NCBI GenBank assembly: GCA_002269645.1
Contig: NIVC01000129.1
Location: 1 to 45,647 of the forward strand
Source of the DNA: Macrostomum lignano
Lineage: Eukaryota
Direction: 5' to 3'
DNA length: 45,647 nucleotides
This document shows positions 13,734 to 24,616 of the stretch, piece by piece (position 1 is the stretch's first letter; every line of letters begins with the position of its first letter). A program made the position numbers and the translations under genes. The notes below the pieces were generated by a model. It was not told the DNA's origin. It saw only the letters and a program-made list of their open reading frames with translations, and ran no database searches.

Positions 13734-14269
13734 TTGAAGCCAAGCTTCGAAGGTCCACTCTCTAGAGTTTGATCCTACAAGCCCCTATAAGTTGGCGCGC
13801 TTCTCGACCCCCATTTTTCATCTGCATTGACTTTTCAACTTTTAGATCTACAATGTCAGTGGGCAAACATACGCATGCAAGAAGTCTGCAGTTCCCAAAA
13901 GGTTGCCGCTTCATTTCCCCTCTCATAGCGGCTGCTCCCAGTCCCCTTGCTGCCCAATTTTGGGTCTCGTCGTCATTGTCCAGACGGGGCTGTCTCGGGT
14001 CGGATTCAAGGGCCTGGCGGCTGCTGGCAACCCGAGATGCCGAGCCAGAGGGGGGGGGGCTGCATAGCCTGTTCAGTTCTCACTGGGATTCGGGCATAAG
14101 GATGAGAAAGTTATTGACACTGTAGTTGAGTTCAGATGCACCTCTTCTCACTTGTACCCCCCTGTCTGACACATCTTTGCTCGGCAAATTTCTCTCCCTT
14201 CTGTCTGCTCCCCTCTGCTTCTCATGTCTCATTTATTCCGAACTTATAACTCCCACAATAACCTCCATC

Positions 14270-14475
14270 CTATACCCTCTCCTCTCCAACCTGTACCCTC
14301 TCCTCTCAATCCTATACCCTCCTCTCCATCATATACCCTCTTGTCTCCATCCTATACCCTCTCTTCTCCATCTTATACCCTCTTCTGCAATCAGCCCCCT
14401 TTTTGATACCCTCTGCTACCCTCTACCTCTCCAACCTACGCTCTTTTCTGCCCTACCCTTCCTCCACCTCCTCAA
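14270..14475. repeat. CT-rich low-complexity repeat (TATACCCTCT-containing)
   Basis: Degenerate repeats; approximate limits. Confidence 0.7.
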
Positions 14476-15075
14476 TAATCTTTTTTAATCCTTTTCTTTG
14501 TTCACTTTGAGCTTCAAAAGCTCCAAAATGGAATTTTTCAGCTTCAAAATATGCCCCACAATTTTACACTAACAAACAGGCCACTTTGAAACGCTATCTT
14601 TAATGGAAAATACTGTCTCAAACGGGAATGTAGTCAAGCAGCCTTCTGAGATGGGATTTAATCTATCTCGATAAGCTGAGCCTCGACCAAGGCTTGACTG
14701 CCTGTTTCTTCCATTCCTCCCCCCACAAAGCCAGTGTTTGCAGATCGGGACACGGCGATGGCCAGACCAGCAGTCGCTGCGCTCAGGAGATCCGTGATGC
14801 CGCATTCCAGCCTCCCTCGTTCCAGCCTCTCTCTAATCCCGGAGCGATTACGCACCAGCGGCCTATTTGCTGTGCATTTTAAGGCCTCTTTATTTCCCGC
14901 GCCCAGTTACTACTGAGCTCAAACCTGACGGTCCGCAGTGATTTTATGGCAGTTTACTATTATTTCTCCATCTTTGCTATCTGCTTCCTTTGCGCGGGAG
15001 GCTGGCTTGAAGGAACGTACAGTATCGGTGTACTTTTTTATAAACATTCTTAACCGAAGAGTACATACATACAAG

Positions 15076-16145
15076 CAGGCGTGTCGCCACCGGGGGGGAA
15101 CAGGGTGGACATGTCCCCCCCCCAGTAAAAAGCTATGGGGGGACATGCCAATTCTTTGTCCCCCTCACCCCACCTTGTGACTCGTTGTGGTAATCAATAA
15201 TTTTTCTTTCAGGGCGTCAAAATGGAGCGCCTTCGGCGCCAAAATGAGTGCCTGCAGCGCTAAATGAGTGCCTGTGGCGCCAAAATGAGTGCCTGCAGCG
15301 CTAAATGAGTGCCTGCGGCGCTAAAATGAGTGCCTGCAGCGCTAAATGAGTGCCTATGGCGCCAAAATGAGTGCCTGCGGCGCTAAAATGAGTGCCTGCA
15401 GCGCTAAAATGAGTGCCTGCGGCGCTAAAATGAGTGCCTGCAGCGCTAAATGAGTGCCTATGGCGCCAAAATGAGTGCCTGCGGCGCTAAAATGAGTGCC
15501 TGCGGCGCTAAAATGAGTGCCTGCAGCGCTAAAATGAGTGCCTGCGGCGCTAAAATGAGTGCCTGCAGCGCTAAATGAGTGCCTGCAGCGCTAAATGAGT
15601 GCCTGCGGCGCTAAAATGAGTGCCTGCAGCGCTAAATGAGTGCCTATGGCGCCAAAATGAGTGCCTGCGGCGCTAAAATGAGTGCCTGCGGCGCTAAAAT
15701 GAGTGCCTGCAGCGCTAAAATGAGTGCCTGCGGCGCTAAAATGAGTGCCTGCAGCGCTAAATGAGTGCCTATGGCGCCAAAATGAGTGCCTGCGGCGCTA
15801 AAATGAGTGCCTGCGGCGCTAAAATGAGTGCCTGCAGCGCTAAAATGAGTGCCTGCGGCGCTAAAATGAGTGCCTGCAGCGCTAAATGAGTGCCTGCAGC
15901 GCTAAATGAGTGCCTGCAACGCTAAATGAGTGCCTGCGGCGCTAAAATGAGTGCCTGCAGCGCTAAATGAGTGCCTGCAGCGCTAAATGAGTGCCTGCGG
16001 CGCCAAAATGAGTGCCTGAGGCACCAAAATGAGCGCTGACAACACCGATTCTCAAAATAATGGAAATGTAGGAATTTAGTCATGTTCATGTTGAATTCTT
16101 GGCTTTGCCCCCCCCCACCATAAAATACGAATGGCGACGCCCCTG
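15076..16145. mobile_element. Non-autonomous hAT-type DNA transposon carrying an internal minisatellite
   Basis: Left TIR CAGGCGTGTCGCCA (15076-15089); right TIR TGGCGACGCCCCTG (16132-16145), 12/14 match. 8-bp flanks CATACAAG (15068-15075) and CATACAGG (16146-16153), 7/8. G/C-run subterminal segments. An 8-bp TSD with CAG-start TIRs is typical of hAT. Confidence 0.8.
15227..16035. repeat. 20-21-bp minisatellite (GGCGCTAAAATGAGTGCCTGC)n inside the hAT element
   Basis: About 39 tandem copies. Confidence 0.95.
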
Positions 16146-16710
16146 CATACAGGAGTGCAAAATCAATATTTGCAGGCCTGCGCACCCCCTGGTTCAACGC
16201 CTTCACTGACATCGTCTAACACAATCTGCGTTGAGGAAGTTCTGCCCATCCCGCTGACTCCTGAGCACAGACGAGTGCGCCAGTACTGTACGCAGGCACT
16301 TACTCATCAGGCATGTACACTCTGTGCCCTGGGGGTTGGCCTTCATGGCCTTCGATCCTGAGCTCATCCTGACCGATCCTGACCAGTCATATTATAAGAA
16401 AGAAGACAAAAACATAACTAAATTCTGATGATAATAGACTGGAGGCATTATTGAGATGTTTAAGGGTAAAAGAGAAAATGCAATGCTGAATGGATTCTGT
16501 GAAGTGAACACTAATTAACTTTACGCCAGTAAGCCTGCATAAATAATGATCAGGCCGCGTATGATTAGGGAATAATCTTCTTTTGTAGCGAGCGAATATC
16601 TGCACAAATTTGCTCCGAGAACATACAGAACTTCATTAACTGAGGCATTGATAAGACCTTTGCAGACAGTGCGGGTATCAGAGGGACATGGCGCATTGGA
16701 GCAGGGAGAA

Positions 16711-16910
16711 GCTGAGGGTGCTAGGGAGAATCTGAAGGTGACAGCTGAGGGTGCTAGGGAGAATCTGAAGGTGGCAGCTGAGGGTGCTATGGAGAATCTG
16801 AAGGTGACAGCTGAGGGTGCTAGGGAGAATCTGAAGGTGACAGCTGAGGGTGCTATGGAGAAGCTGAAGATGACAGTTGAGGGTGCTAGGGAGAATCTGA
16901 AGGTGACAGC
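16711..16910. repeat. 33-bp minisatellite (GCTGAGGGTGCTAGGGAGAATCTGAAGGTGACA) x6
   Basis: Tandem copies; the in-frame unit explains ORFs 16521-17094. Confidence 0.9.
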
Positions 16911-17057
16911 CGGGAGAAAGGACGCCAGAAAAAGGAAGACTGCTTGCTTACTAATTTTTATCAACTTGAAGCAGCTATTTTACATAAAATATTACAATCG
17001 TCTTTTACCGTTGCCACCAAACAAATCACGATATCAATGCGCGTACACAGACTCAAA

Positions 17058-17370
17058 TTTATTATTTATTTTTATTGATTACACCTTCCCTTAATGGCCA
17101 GATGTGCAACCGACAGCTCAGCCGCAGCTATTGAACGGCGCATCTGAAGGCTGCGTACGGCTGTTCAGTCCAATGTCTGGGGGGGTCGCCACACACAGCC
17201 TCAATTACCCCAGCTAATGCTGGCACCCATTTTACAGCTGGGTGAACTGAAGCAATGCAGAGTTAATTGTCTTGCTCAATGACACAAATTGTTCCGAGTG
17301 GGATCGGGAAACGAACCCCCGACCTTCAAGTCAGGAATCCGACGCTCTAACGCCACTAGGCTGCAACCCC
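17058..17370 (-). mobile_element. tRNA-derived SINE with CORE-like central domain and A-rich tail
   Basis: Minus strand: CAGCCTAGTGGCGTTAGAGCGTCGG (A-box region), GGTTCGTTTCCC (B-box-like), then TGTGTCATTGAGCAAGACAATTAACTCTGCATTGCTTCAGTTCACCCAGCTGTAAAATGGG (17287-17226), which resembles the MIR/CORE consensus. Ends in AATAAAAATAAATAATAAA. No clear TSD. Confidence 0.75.
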
Positions 17371-17462
17371 TCTAGGCTAAAAGATAAAAAAAATTGAATC
17401 TGCCGCGACAGACAGCAAAACGCGAGGACTCATGTTTTCAAGCGTGTCGTGTGTGATTTAAG

Positions 17463-17492
<30 letters not shown>
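17463..17492. repeat. (ATA)n microsatellite
   Basis: Direct reading. Confidence 0.9.
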
Positions 17493-17493
<1 letters not shown>

Positions 17494-18779
17494 TTTTTAT
17501 ATTTAAAAGCGCTCATCTACAGCAAAAGATGTTAAACTGTTTGTTAATAATTTTAATAACGGCAGATTGCAGAACTGAGGGGAGGAGGGAGAAGGCAGCA
17601 GCAGCAGCAGGTGGTCTGCAGTACGCGATGCGGGCTAGTTATATTGAGGAGCACGGATAGAGAAAGAAAGTGAAAATAAAACTTTCCAATTACACAAACG
17701 AATAACAATTAATCAATTTTTATAAGCAGGCCATGCGTTCGGGCAATGCAAGACACACAGAAAAGAAGCAGAAAGGCTGCACTTCCAAGCAATGAATAAT
17801 TAATAGCATTATAGTTAGTAATGGACAAAAAACAATGGGAGACAACGGCTCAGGTTAAGGCCAATACTAATTAAAATATTTAAAGTTAACTATTCTTAAT
17901 AACGCTAGTCAAATTGCTTCACCCGGCAGAAGAATGGATGCGCTGATTATAACAAAATAAGCGACAATAATGACAGCTATAACTAAAATTGGGGGGGGGG
18001 GTGAAAAGTTCGGTAAATATAGCTATTATATATAAGACTCGGTAGCCAAGCGGGAGCCGGGTGAGTTCTCCCCCCCCCCTACTAGGCAGTAGTCAGGTCA
18101 GGTTTCTCATTTCGGATTAATTCCACCCGGCAACCGCATAGCAACGCGAGGAGAGGGTATAAGAGAGAGAAATTCACGAACTAAAAGTGAAGCTACAGAG
18201 CACATGCATCAGTTGAAATCAGTAATTAAAACAATGATTAATAAACAGGCCGGTACACATCATATTTACTCCTACTAAAAGTTAATAGGCGAGGTCCAAC
18301 AAGCTGGTCAAGCCGAATTTAGCCTGCAAGAAGAAAATGTAATAATCGGAGTCAATTGCAGCAGCAGATACGGAAATAGAAGCGCATACTCAATCAGAGA
18401 ACACTGCTCACTTATTTGGGGGGTGAACGGGCACACAAACGGGCACTGGCTACACTACGCACTAGAAAAAGTTTTCAATCAAAGATGAGCGCAAAAAATG
18501 TTAATTACTTTCTTTAAAAAAATAATAACGCAGCTGGATGCATACAGAGGACAGCAGTGTGCGAGCAGTGCAAGCATTTGGGGGGGGGGGGGCTCGGGCC
18601 AATACCGGGACAAGGCAGTGTGAAATATAATATTTATATATATGGAGCATAGCATTGTATAAGTTCGGCATAAAATATTAACCAACGAGTTTAAATTTTG
18701 GTCGCGCCATCGTCACACACGAAGAATTTTAGAATCAAGCGATGCAGTAGGGAGGAGGAAGCTGATCAAATCGGGCAAG

Positions 18780-21700
18780 TCAGTGGCCGCCGTCTTGGCC
18801 GCCGCCAACCGCCCAGTGGTTGGTCCAGGGCACGCCTGACAGGCCTGAGGACCAGGGCGTGTAGGGAGCCGGGGCGGCGCACTGCGGATTGCCGAACTGC
18901 GGCTGCTGCTGTTGCAGCTGCTGATGCGGCATCTGTTGCTGCTGAGTGTGATGATACAGCGGGTGCTGTAACGGAGGCGGCGGCTGCATTAACAGCGGCG
19001 GTGGCGGCATCATATGCTGGTGATGAGGAGGAAAGAAAGGCGGCTGATAATTTTGCGGCTGCTGCTTCTGCTGATAACTGAGCTGGAAGCTGTCGCTTGG
19101 GAACACCGAGGCGACGGCGGCGGGATGCTCGGCGGAGCTGACTGCGGCAGCCATGGAGGCGGCCGGGGACGGTAATGTAGCCGGCTGCGGCGTCACGTGC
19201 TGGCGAGAGACGCCGGCCCAGCGGCGCTCGGCCCCGATTGGCGGCGGATTCTGCGACGGACTCGGCGCGTTTTCAGCCGATGAGGCCGACTGCGGCTGCT
19301 GCGGCTGCATCGGCGGCTGATGCGGCTGCTGCGACATCAATGGCGGCGGCGGCTGCGGCTGGCCGGGACTGACCGTCAGAGGCATTTTGGTGAGCTCAGA
19401 CTGCTGATACAGTTGATGATTCGGCGGCTGCTGATAGTGATGATGCTGAGCCGGCTGCTGCAGACCCGGTGGCGGCCTGTGCGAGCCCGGAGCCTTCGGA
19501 AAGCTGGCCGGGCTGCCTACAGCACCGAGTAGCTCCGGATGCTGAGCAGACGGTGGCGACGGCATTGTTAGCATCAGAGTCTGTGAAGCCGGCTGGGCCT
19601 GCTGCGGCTGTGACGATGGCGCTGGAGCTGGTGGCGGCTGCTGCTGCGGCTTCGGCGAGGACAGGTCAGTTGTCGTTACTGCAGCTGACGATGAAGTCTC
19701 GCTGGCCGCTGACGACGCGTTGTTGGCAGGCATCGCCGATGCGTTCGAGACAACGCCGGCGGCCGCCACTGAGGCGAAGTTGCCAACGGAGCCCAGAGAG
19801 GCGGGCGGGATGCCGTAGAGTGTTGGGCCGCCGGAGGTCAGGATGGACAGCGGAGCGGACACGGAGGCTGCGGCATTTGATGATGCGGCAGTCGGCGCTG
19901 GCGCGGCGGGCGCGACGGCGGGCGCAGCCACTGCGGCTGGAGCGTGCGGCTGCGGATTGTTCTGCAGGATCGGCAGTGGCCGACGGCCGCCGGCGGAGGA
20001 AGCCGCAGCCGGCGCCGCATTGCCGGCGGAAGGCGACGGAACGGCGCAGCCGAGACCGCCGCCACCGTGCGAGCTCTGACTGTGCGAGCGCTGCGAGCTG
20101 CCACCGGAGCTGCCGCCGAAACCCTGGATGAGCGACGGCGGAGGATCCGGGTGGTGAGGCTGCTGATGCTGCTGCTGGTGATGATCCGCATGCGCGCTTC
20201 GACCACGGCCGGGCGATTTAGCGGCGACGGTAGCGGAGGAGGCAACAATGGTAGAAGCAGTGCTAGATGATGCCGACGACGCTGACTGCTGCAGGCAAGG
20301 CGGCGCGGCGTGCCGCAGCACGGAGTCGATGAGCGACTTGGCCTTAGCGACGGCCTCGGCTGAGCCGCGTATGTGAATTAGCCGTTCGCCTGAGGTCTGC
20401 GACGTCTCCGATTCGCGATTGTCGATATCGATGTGGGCGCCGCTGGTGGTCCGGATGGAATTGATGGTCGCGCCCTCGCGCCCGATAACCCGGCCGATGT
20501 CGCGCCGAGGCACCGAGATGGAGAGCCGCTTTGGCGTCACAGTCAGCCAGTCGTCAGGCAAGGCCAGCGAATGCTGCCCGGCGCCAGCGAATGAGGCTGA
20601 GGCGGCCGACTCCGTCGCAGCAGCGGAGCCAGCGGCAGCGGTGCCGGCTGAAATTGACGCCAAGCCTTGATGAGCCCGACGGCTCTGCTGCTGCTGCTGG
20701 TGGTGCACTTCGCCGTTCACCGGCTGTAGCGAGTCGGAGGCTTCAGCGACGCTGTTGCCACCGCCGTTCCGACGACCGCCGGCTTTGCGTCGCTTAGACT
20801 GGAAAGTCTGAAAAGCGGCGGAGGAATTGCCGCTGGAGGAGTTGTTGGCCGAGGGCGGAGACGGCCCGGCGGCCGGCGGGGCGGGCGCGGAGGCTGCCTT
20901 GTTCGGCGTGGACTCCGCCATGACAGCGGCGGCTGGTGCGGAGCCTGTCGTCACGCCATTCTGCTGCTGTTCTTTCTTCCGGGAGGAGCGACTAGATGCT
21001 GGTGCGGCGGTGGGAGGCGGGGCGACGGTGGGAGCAGATGAGGAATTTGCTGCGGTGGACGATGAAGACGAGACGATGGGCGCTGCTTCAGTTGGCTGCT
21101 GCTGTTGCTGCTGCCGCTTCTCTGCTTTGCGGCCTCCAGCACGCTGCTTCGTTTGCGCTGGAGGCTGGGTTGCTGTCGGCGCTTGCGGAGGCTGCTGTTG
21201 CTGCTTTTGGGCAGCAGGAGAAGGAGCGGAAGGCGCTGGCGGCGCTGCCGCTGTTGCCTTGGAAGTCGGCGCTGCCGCTGTTGCCTTGGAAGTCGGCGCT
21301 GCCGCTGTTGCCTTGGAAGTCGGCGCTGCCGCTGTTGCCTTGGAAGTCGGCGCTGCCGCTGTTGCATTGGAAGTCGGCGCTGCCGCTGTTGCCTTGGAAG
21401 CCGGCGCTGCAGCCGCCTTGGCCCCTGTCGGTGCAGGTGCGGGCGCAAGCGCGGCCACGGGTTCGGGTTCAGGCGGTGGAGACGAAGGCGACGGCCTCTG
21501 CGGCTCATCGGGCTGCGCTTTACCCGATTTGCTTTGCTTCTTCTGCTTCTTTCGCTCCCGCTTTCTGGCGAGAGCCTCAGCTTTGCGTTCCTCCTGCACC
21601 TTCTCAGATTCCAGCTGCTGCAGCAGGCTGAAGGCGTGCTTGGCCGCTTCCGCAGCCTGCCGCTCCTTCGCGCTGATGATAATGTCCATCGCAGTGGAGC

Positions 21701-22214
21701 AGCGGCGCTTCAGCTCCTTGTCAGTGACGGTCTGCACGTGGCGAAGGCAGTCGCTGTCGGCCGGGAACTGGGTGCACAGGCGGACAAGGCACTTCACCAC
21801 TTTAACGTGGCCCCGACGAAATGCGGCAACCAGGCAGCCGATGCGCCTGTTGTCCTCGGCGTTGGGATCGGCCTTGGCCTGCAGCAGCAGCTGGCACACC
21901 TCCAGGTGGCCATTGTGGCAGGCCAGCCAGAGCGAGGTGGCGCCTTTCTTGTTCCTGGCGTCAACGAAGGCGCCCCGCTCGAGCAGGAGCTGGACGAACT
22001 TGGCGTGGCCCTTGTCCGCCGCGATGGTCAGCGCCGTGTCGCGGCTGGACGGCACGGGGGCGGCGTTCACGTCGGCACCTTTGTCCAGAAGGACGCGGGC
22101 CACGTCGGTGTAGCCGCCGCTGGCGCACTCCATCAGTGGCGTCAGGCCGCTCTTGGCTCGGTGCTCGATGTTGGCCCTGCGGTCCACCAGCTGCTGGACA
22201 ACCTCGCTGCGACC
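18780..22214 (-). CDS. ANKHD1: Mask/ANKHD1-ANKRD17 orthologue, last coding exon: end of second ankyrin block, basic NLS-like segment, KH domain, Q/P/A/S-rich tail
   Basis: Acceptor CACAG|GGT at 22215/22214; GRSEVV..IEHRAKSGLTPLME..APVPSSRDTALTIAADKGH..LWLACHNGH; RKRERKKQKK; KH SVPRRDIGRVIGREGATINSIRTTSGAHIDID; TGA at 18782-18780; 3435 nt, in frame. Confidence 0.95.
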   Translation of the reverse strand, partial: GRSEVVQQLVDRRANIEHRAKSGLTPLMECASGGYTDVARVLLDKGADVNAAPVPSSRDTALTIAADKGHAKFVQLLLERGAFVDARNKKGATSLWLACHNGHLEVCQLLLQAKADPNAEDNRRIGCLVAAFRRGHVKVVKCLVRLCTQFPADSDCLRHVQTVTDKELKRRCSTAMDIIISAKERQAAEAAKHAFSLLQQLESEKVQEERKAEALARKRERKKQKKQSKSGKAQPDEPQRPSPSSPPPEPEPVAALAPAPAPTGAKAAAAPASKATAAAPTSNATAAAPTSKATAAAPTSKATAAAPTSKATAAAPTSKATAAAPPAPSAPSPAAQKQQQQPPQAPTATQPPAQTKQRAGGRKAEKRQQQQQQPTEAAPIVSSSSSTAANSSSAPTVAPPPTAAPASSRSSRKKEQQQNGVTTGSAPAAAVMAESTPNKAASAPAPPAAGPSPPSANNSSSGNSSAAFQTFQSKRRKAGGRRNGGGNSVAEASDSLQPVNGEVHHQQQQQSRRAHQGLASISAGTAAAGSAAATESAASASFAGAGQHSLALPDDWLTVTPKRLSISVPRRDIGRVIGREGATINSIRTTSGAHIDIDNRESETSQTSGERLIHIRGSAEAVAKAKSLIDSVLRHAAPPCLQQSASSASSSTASTIVASSATVAAKSPGRGRSAHADHHQQQHQQPHHPDPPPSLIQGFGGSSGGSSQRSHSQSSHGGGGLGCAVPSPSAGNAAPAAASSAGGRRPLPILQNNPQPHAPAAVAAPAVAPAAPAPTAASSNAAASVSAPLSILTSGGPTLYGIPPASLGSVGNFASVAAAGVVSNASAMPANNASSAASETSSSAAVTTTDLSSPKPQQQPPPAPAPSSQPQQAQPASQTLMLTMPSPPSAQHPELLGAVGSPASFPKAPGSHRPPPGLQQPAQHHHYQQPPNHQLYQQSELTKMPLTVSPGQPQPPPPLMSQQPHQPPMQPQQPQSASSAENAPSPSQNPPPIGAERRWAGVSRQHVTPQPATLPSPAASMAAAVSSAEHPAAVASVFPSDSFQLSYQQKQQPQNYQPPFFPPHHQHMMPPPPLLMQPPPPLQHPLYHHTQQQQMPHQQLQQQQPQFGNPQCAAPAPYTPWSSGLSGVPWTNHWAVGGGQDGGH
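21241..21410 (-). repeat. Coding 27-bp minisatellite in the Mask exon (KATAAAPTS x ~6)
   Basis: GCCGCTGTTGCCTTGGAAGTCGGCGCT tandem; frame-preserving. Confidence 0.9.
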
Positions 22215-22238
22215 CTGTGGCGTGGTTTGGGATAAGGG

Positions 22239-22890
22239 ATCCGATGTGAGTTTATGCTGTGAGATCCTATCGCAATCTCTTGTGAGCAATGTGAACTTAT
22301 CACACGATCCGATGTGAGTTTATGCTGTGAGATCCTATCGCAATCTCTTGTGAGCAATGTGAACTTATCACACGATCCGATGTGAGTTTATGCTGTGAGA
22401 TCCTATCGCAATCTCTTGTGAGCAATGTGAACTTATCACACGATCCGATGTGAGTTTATGCTGTGAGATCCTATCGCAATCTCTTGTGAGCAATGTGAAC
22501 TTATCACACAATCCGATGTGAGCACTGCGACCAAATCACACAATCTGATGTGAGCACTGTGACCCAATCACACAATCCGATGTGAGCACTGTGACCCAAT
22601 CACACAATCTGATGTGAGCACTGTGACCCAATCACACAATCTGATGTGAGTACCGTGACCCAATCACACAATCTGATGTGATCACTGTGACCCAATCACA
22701 CAATCTGATGTGATCACTGTGACCCAATCACACAATCAGATGTGAGCACTGTGACCCAATCACACAATCCGATGTGAGCACTGTGACCCAATCACACAAT
22801 CTGATGTGGGCACCGTGACCCAATCACACAATCCGATGTGAGCACTGTGACCCAATCACACAATCTGATGTGGGCACCGTGACCCAATCA
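22239..22890. repeat. Intronic minisatellites: 68-bp unit x4 (22239-22510), then a related 32-bp unit (to ~22890)
   Basis: Both units start ATCCGATGTGAG; together they fill nearly the whole 22906-22215 intron. Confidence 0.93.
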
Positions 22891-22906
22891 CCGCGAGCAG
22901 TCTCAC

Positions 22907-23293
22907 CTGGAAGCAGGCCAGAGTAAGGGCAGTATTCTTATTAGTATCAATCTGAGAGTTGATGTCGGAGCCGCGGTCCAGCAGCAGTTTGACGGCGGCC
23001 ACGTGACCATTCATAGCGGCCAGCATGAGCGGCGAGATGCCCAGCTTGGAGCCTGTGCGGCTGTTAATCTCGGCGCCGAATTTGAGCAGCAGCTCGATGA
23101 TGTTGGTGAAGCCGCAAGAGGCGGCCAGGCTCAGCGGGGTGTAGTCAGACACGTTGCGGTGCTCCTTGTTGGCGCCGTTGGCTAGGAGAAGCTCGACAAC
23201 GTCGTAACGACCGGACGAGCAGGCCAGGGACAGCGCGGTGTCCTTGGTGCGCTCGGAGCAAGCCTCAAGATCGGCGTTGCGCTTGATTAGTAC
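22907..23293 (-). CDS. ANKHD1: Mask/ANKHD1 exon (ankyrin repeats)
   Basis: CAACAG|GTA at 23293; VLIKRNADLEACSERTKDTALSLACSSGR..KEHRNVSDYTPLSLAA..SRTGSKLGISPLMLAAMNGH..NKNTALTLACFQ; CAG|GTGAGA donor at 22906; 387 nt, phase 0/0. Confidence 0.95.
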
Positions 23294-23336
23294 CTGTTGG
23301 AAATGTGAAAGGTAAGTTATAACTGAGGATTTAAAA

Positions 23337-23870
23337 CTTTATTCATTCACACCCTCTATTCACTCATTTATTCATTTACACCCTCTATTCACTCATTTAT
23401 TCATTTACACCCTCTATTCACTCATTTATTCATTTATACCCTCTATTCACTCATTTATTCATTTACACCCTCTATTCACTAATTTATTCATTTATACCCT
23501 CTATTCACTCATTTATTCATTTACACCCTCTATTCACTAAGCTACTCATTCACACTCCATTCACTAAGCTACTCATTCACACCCTACATTCACTCAGTTA
23601 TTCATTCACACCCTCTATTCACTAAGCTACTCATTCACACCCTACATTCACTCAGTTATTCATTCACACCTTATATTCACTCATTTATTCATTCACACCC
23701 TCTATTCACTCAGTTATTCATTCCCACCTTATATTCACTCATTTATTCATTCACACCCTCTATTCACTCAGTTATTCATTCACACCTTATATTCACTCAT
23801 TTAATCATTCACACCCTATTCATTCAGTTATTCATTCACATCAATCAATTCACTAAGCTATAAGTTATTC
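23337..23870. repeat. Intronic ~29-bp minisatellite (ATTCATTCACACCCTCTATTCACTCA-like)
   Basis: Tandem degenerate copies. Confidence 0.88.
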
Positions 23871-24013
23871 ACTCCCCCAGTCACTAAACTAGATTAATAA
23901 AATATGGCTATTCACAAATGCTACCATAATCACCAATCTCAATATCCCTTATTCACGAAGCTATTCACTTATTTTTAATTATCTCAAGCAAAGTTAATTG
24001 CAGGCCAGCTCAC

Positions 24014-24509
24014 CTCGCACACATCATTATTGCCGGCCGTGGCAGCGATAATAAGCGGCGTGAAACCTTTCTTATCTCGATGCTCAATATTGCTTCCGTG
24101 GTCCAGCAGAACCTTGACAAGTTCGGCGTGTCCGTGCTGACAGGCGACTGTCAATGCGGTCTCGCCGCCGCTCTCAGTAGCCGAGTTGACATCAATTAGA
24201 CAGGAGTCGATCGACTCGGCGGCAGCGGCAAGCAGCTGACTGTTGGGCGCGGGCGGACTGTCGGAGGCTGGCGGGTAGGTGTCAGCAAACAGTTCCTTAG
24301 TCTTGGTGAGCAGGCTGGTCAGCTTGTCTGTGATGGGGCCGCTCAGCGGCCTGCGAGCTTCGGTGAGTTCGCGCTCAACCCGCTGCAGTTCCTCCATGAA
24401 GTGCTTCTTGGCGCACTGGGCAGCGGCTGAGTTCGATTTGCCGCCGGTGAGGCCGGACTCCTGCAGCGATACCCACTTGTTGAGCAGCTCCTCCAGCTTC
24501 TCGGGAGTT
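24014..24509 (-). CDS. ANKHD1: Mask/ANKHD1 exon (inter-ankyrin coiled segment + start of second ankyrin block)
   Basis: TTGCAG|A at 24509 (phase 2); ..DVNSATESGGETALTVACQHGH..IEHRDKKGFTPLIIAATAG; GAG|GTGAGC donor at 24013. Confidence 0.93.
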
Positions 24510-24616
24510 CTGCAAGGCAAACATTAGGGAGTCGGTTATAATAATCAGGCAATATTATGATCAGGAGGGGTTGCTGAGATGCCAATGATCCATGGGGGGG
24601 GAGGGTGTTCGCTCAC

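Noticed and set aside
16648-17094. ORF with AEGARENLKVT repeats, looking like a coiled-coil protein
   Set aside because: Produced by a 33-bp (multiple-of-3) minisatellite; TTG start, no splice or homology support
17290-17370. tRNA gene
   Set aside because: No proper acceptor stem or anticodon arm, and it continues into a CORE-like domain; interpreted as a SINE head
20480-20500. KH loop GREG instead of GRGG as a sign of lost RNA binding
   Set aside because: GxxG is intact, and single acidic residues occur in functional KH loops
19320-22357. Many alternative-frame and antisense ORFs, including 428 aa at 20827-22113
   Set aside because: Shadows of the GC-rich Mask exon; the first 25 residues of tracked ORF 18780-22289 are intronic repeat
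22239-22890. CRISPR-like array (regular 32-68-bp period)
   Set aside because: Pure tandem units with no unique spacers, inside a spliceosomal intron; no cas genes
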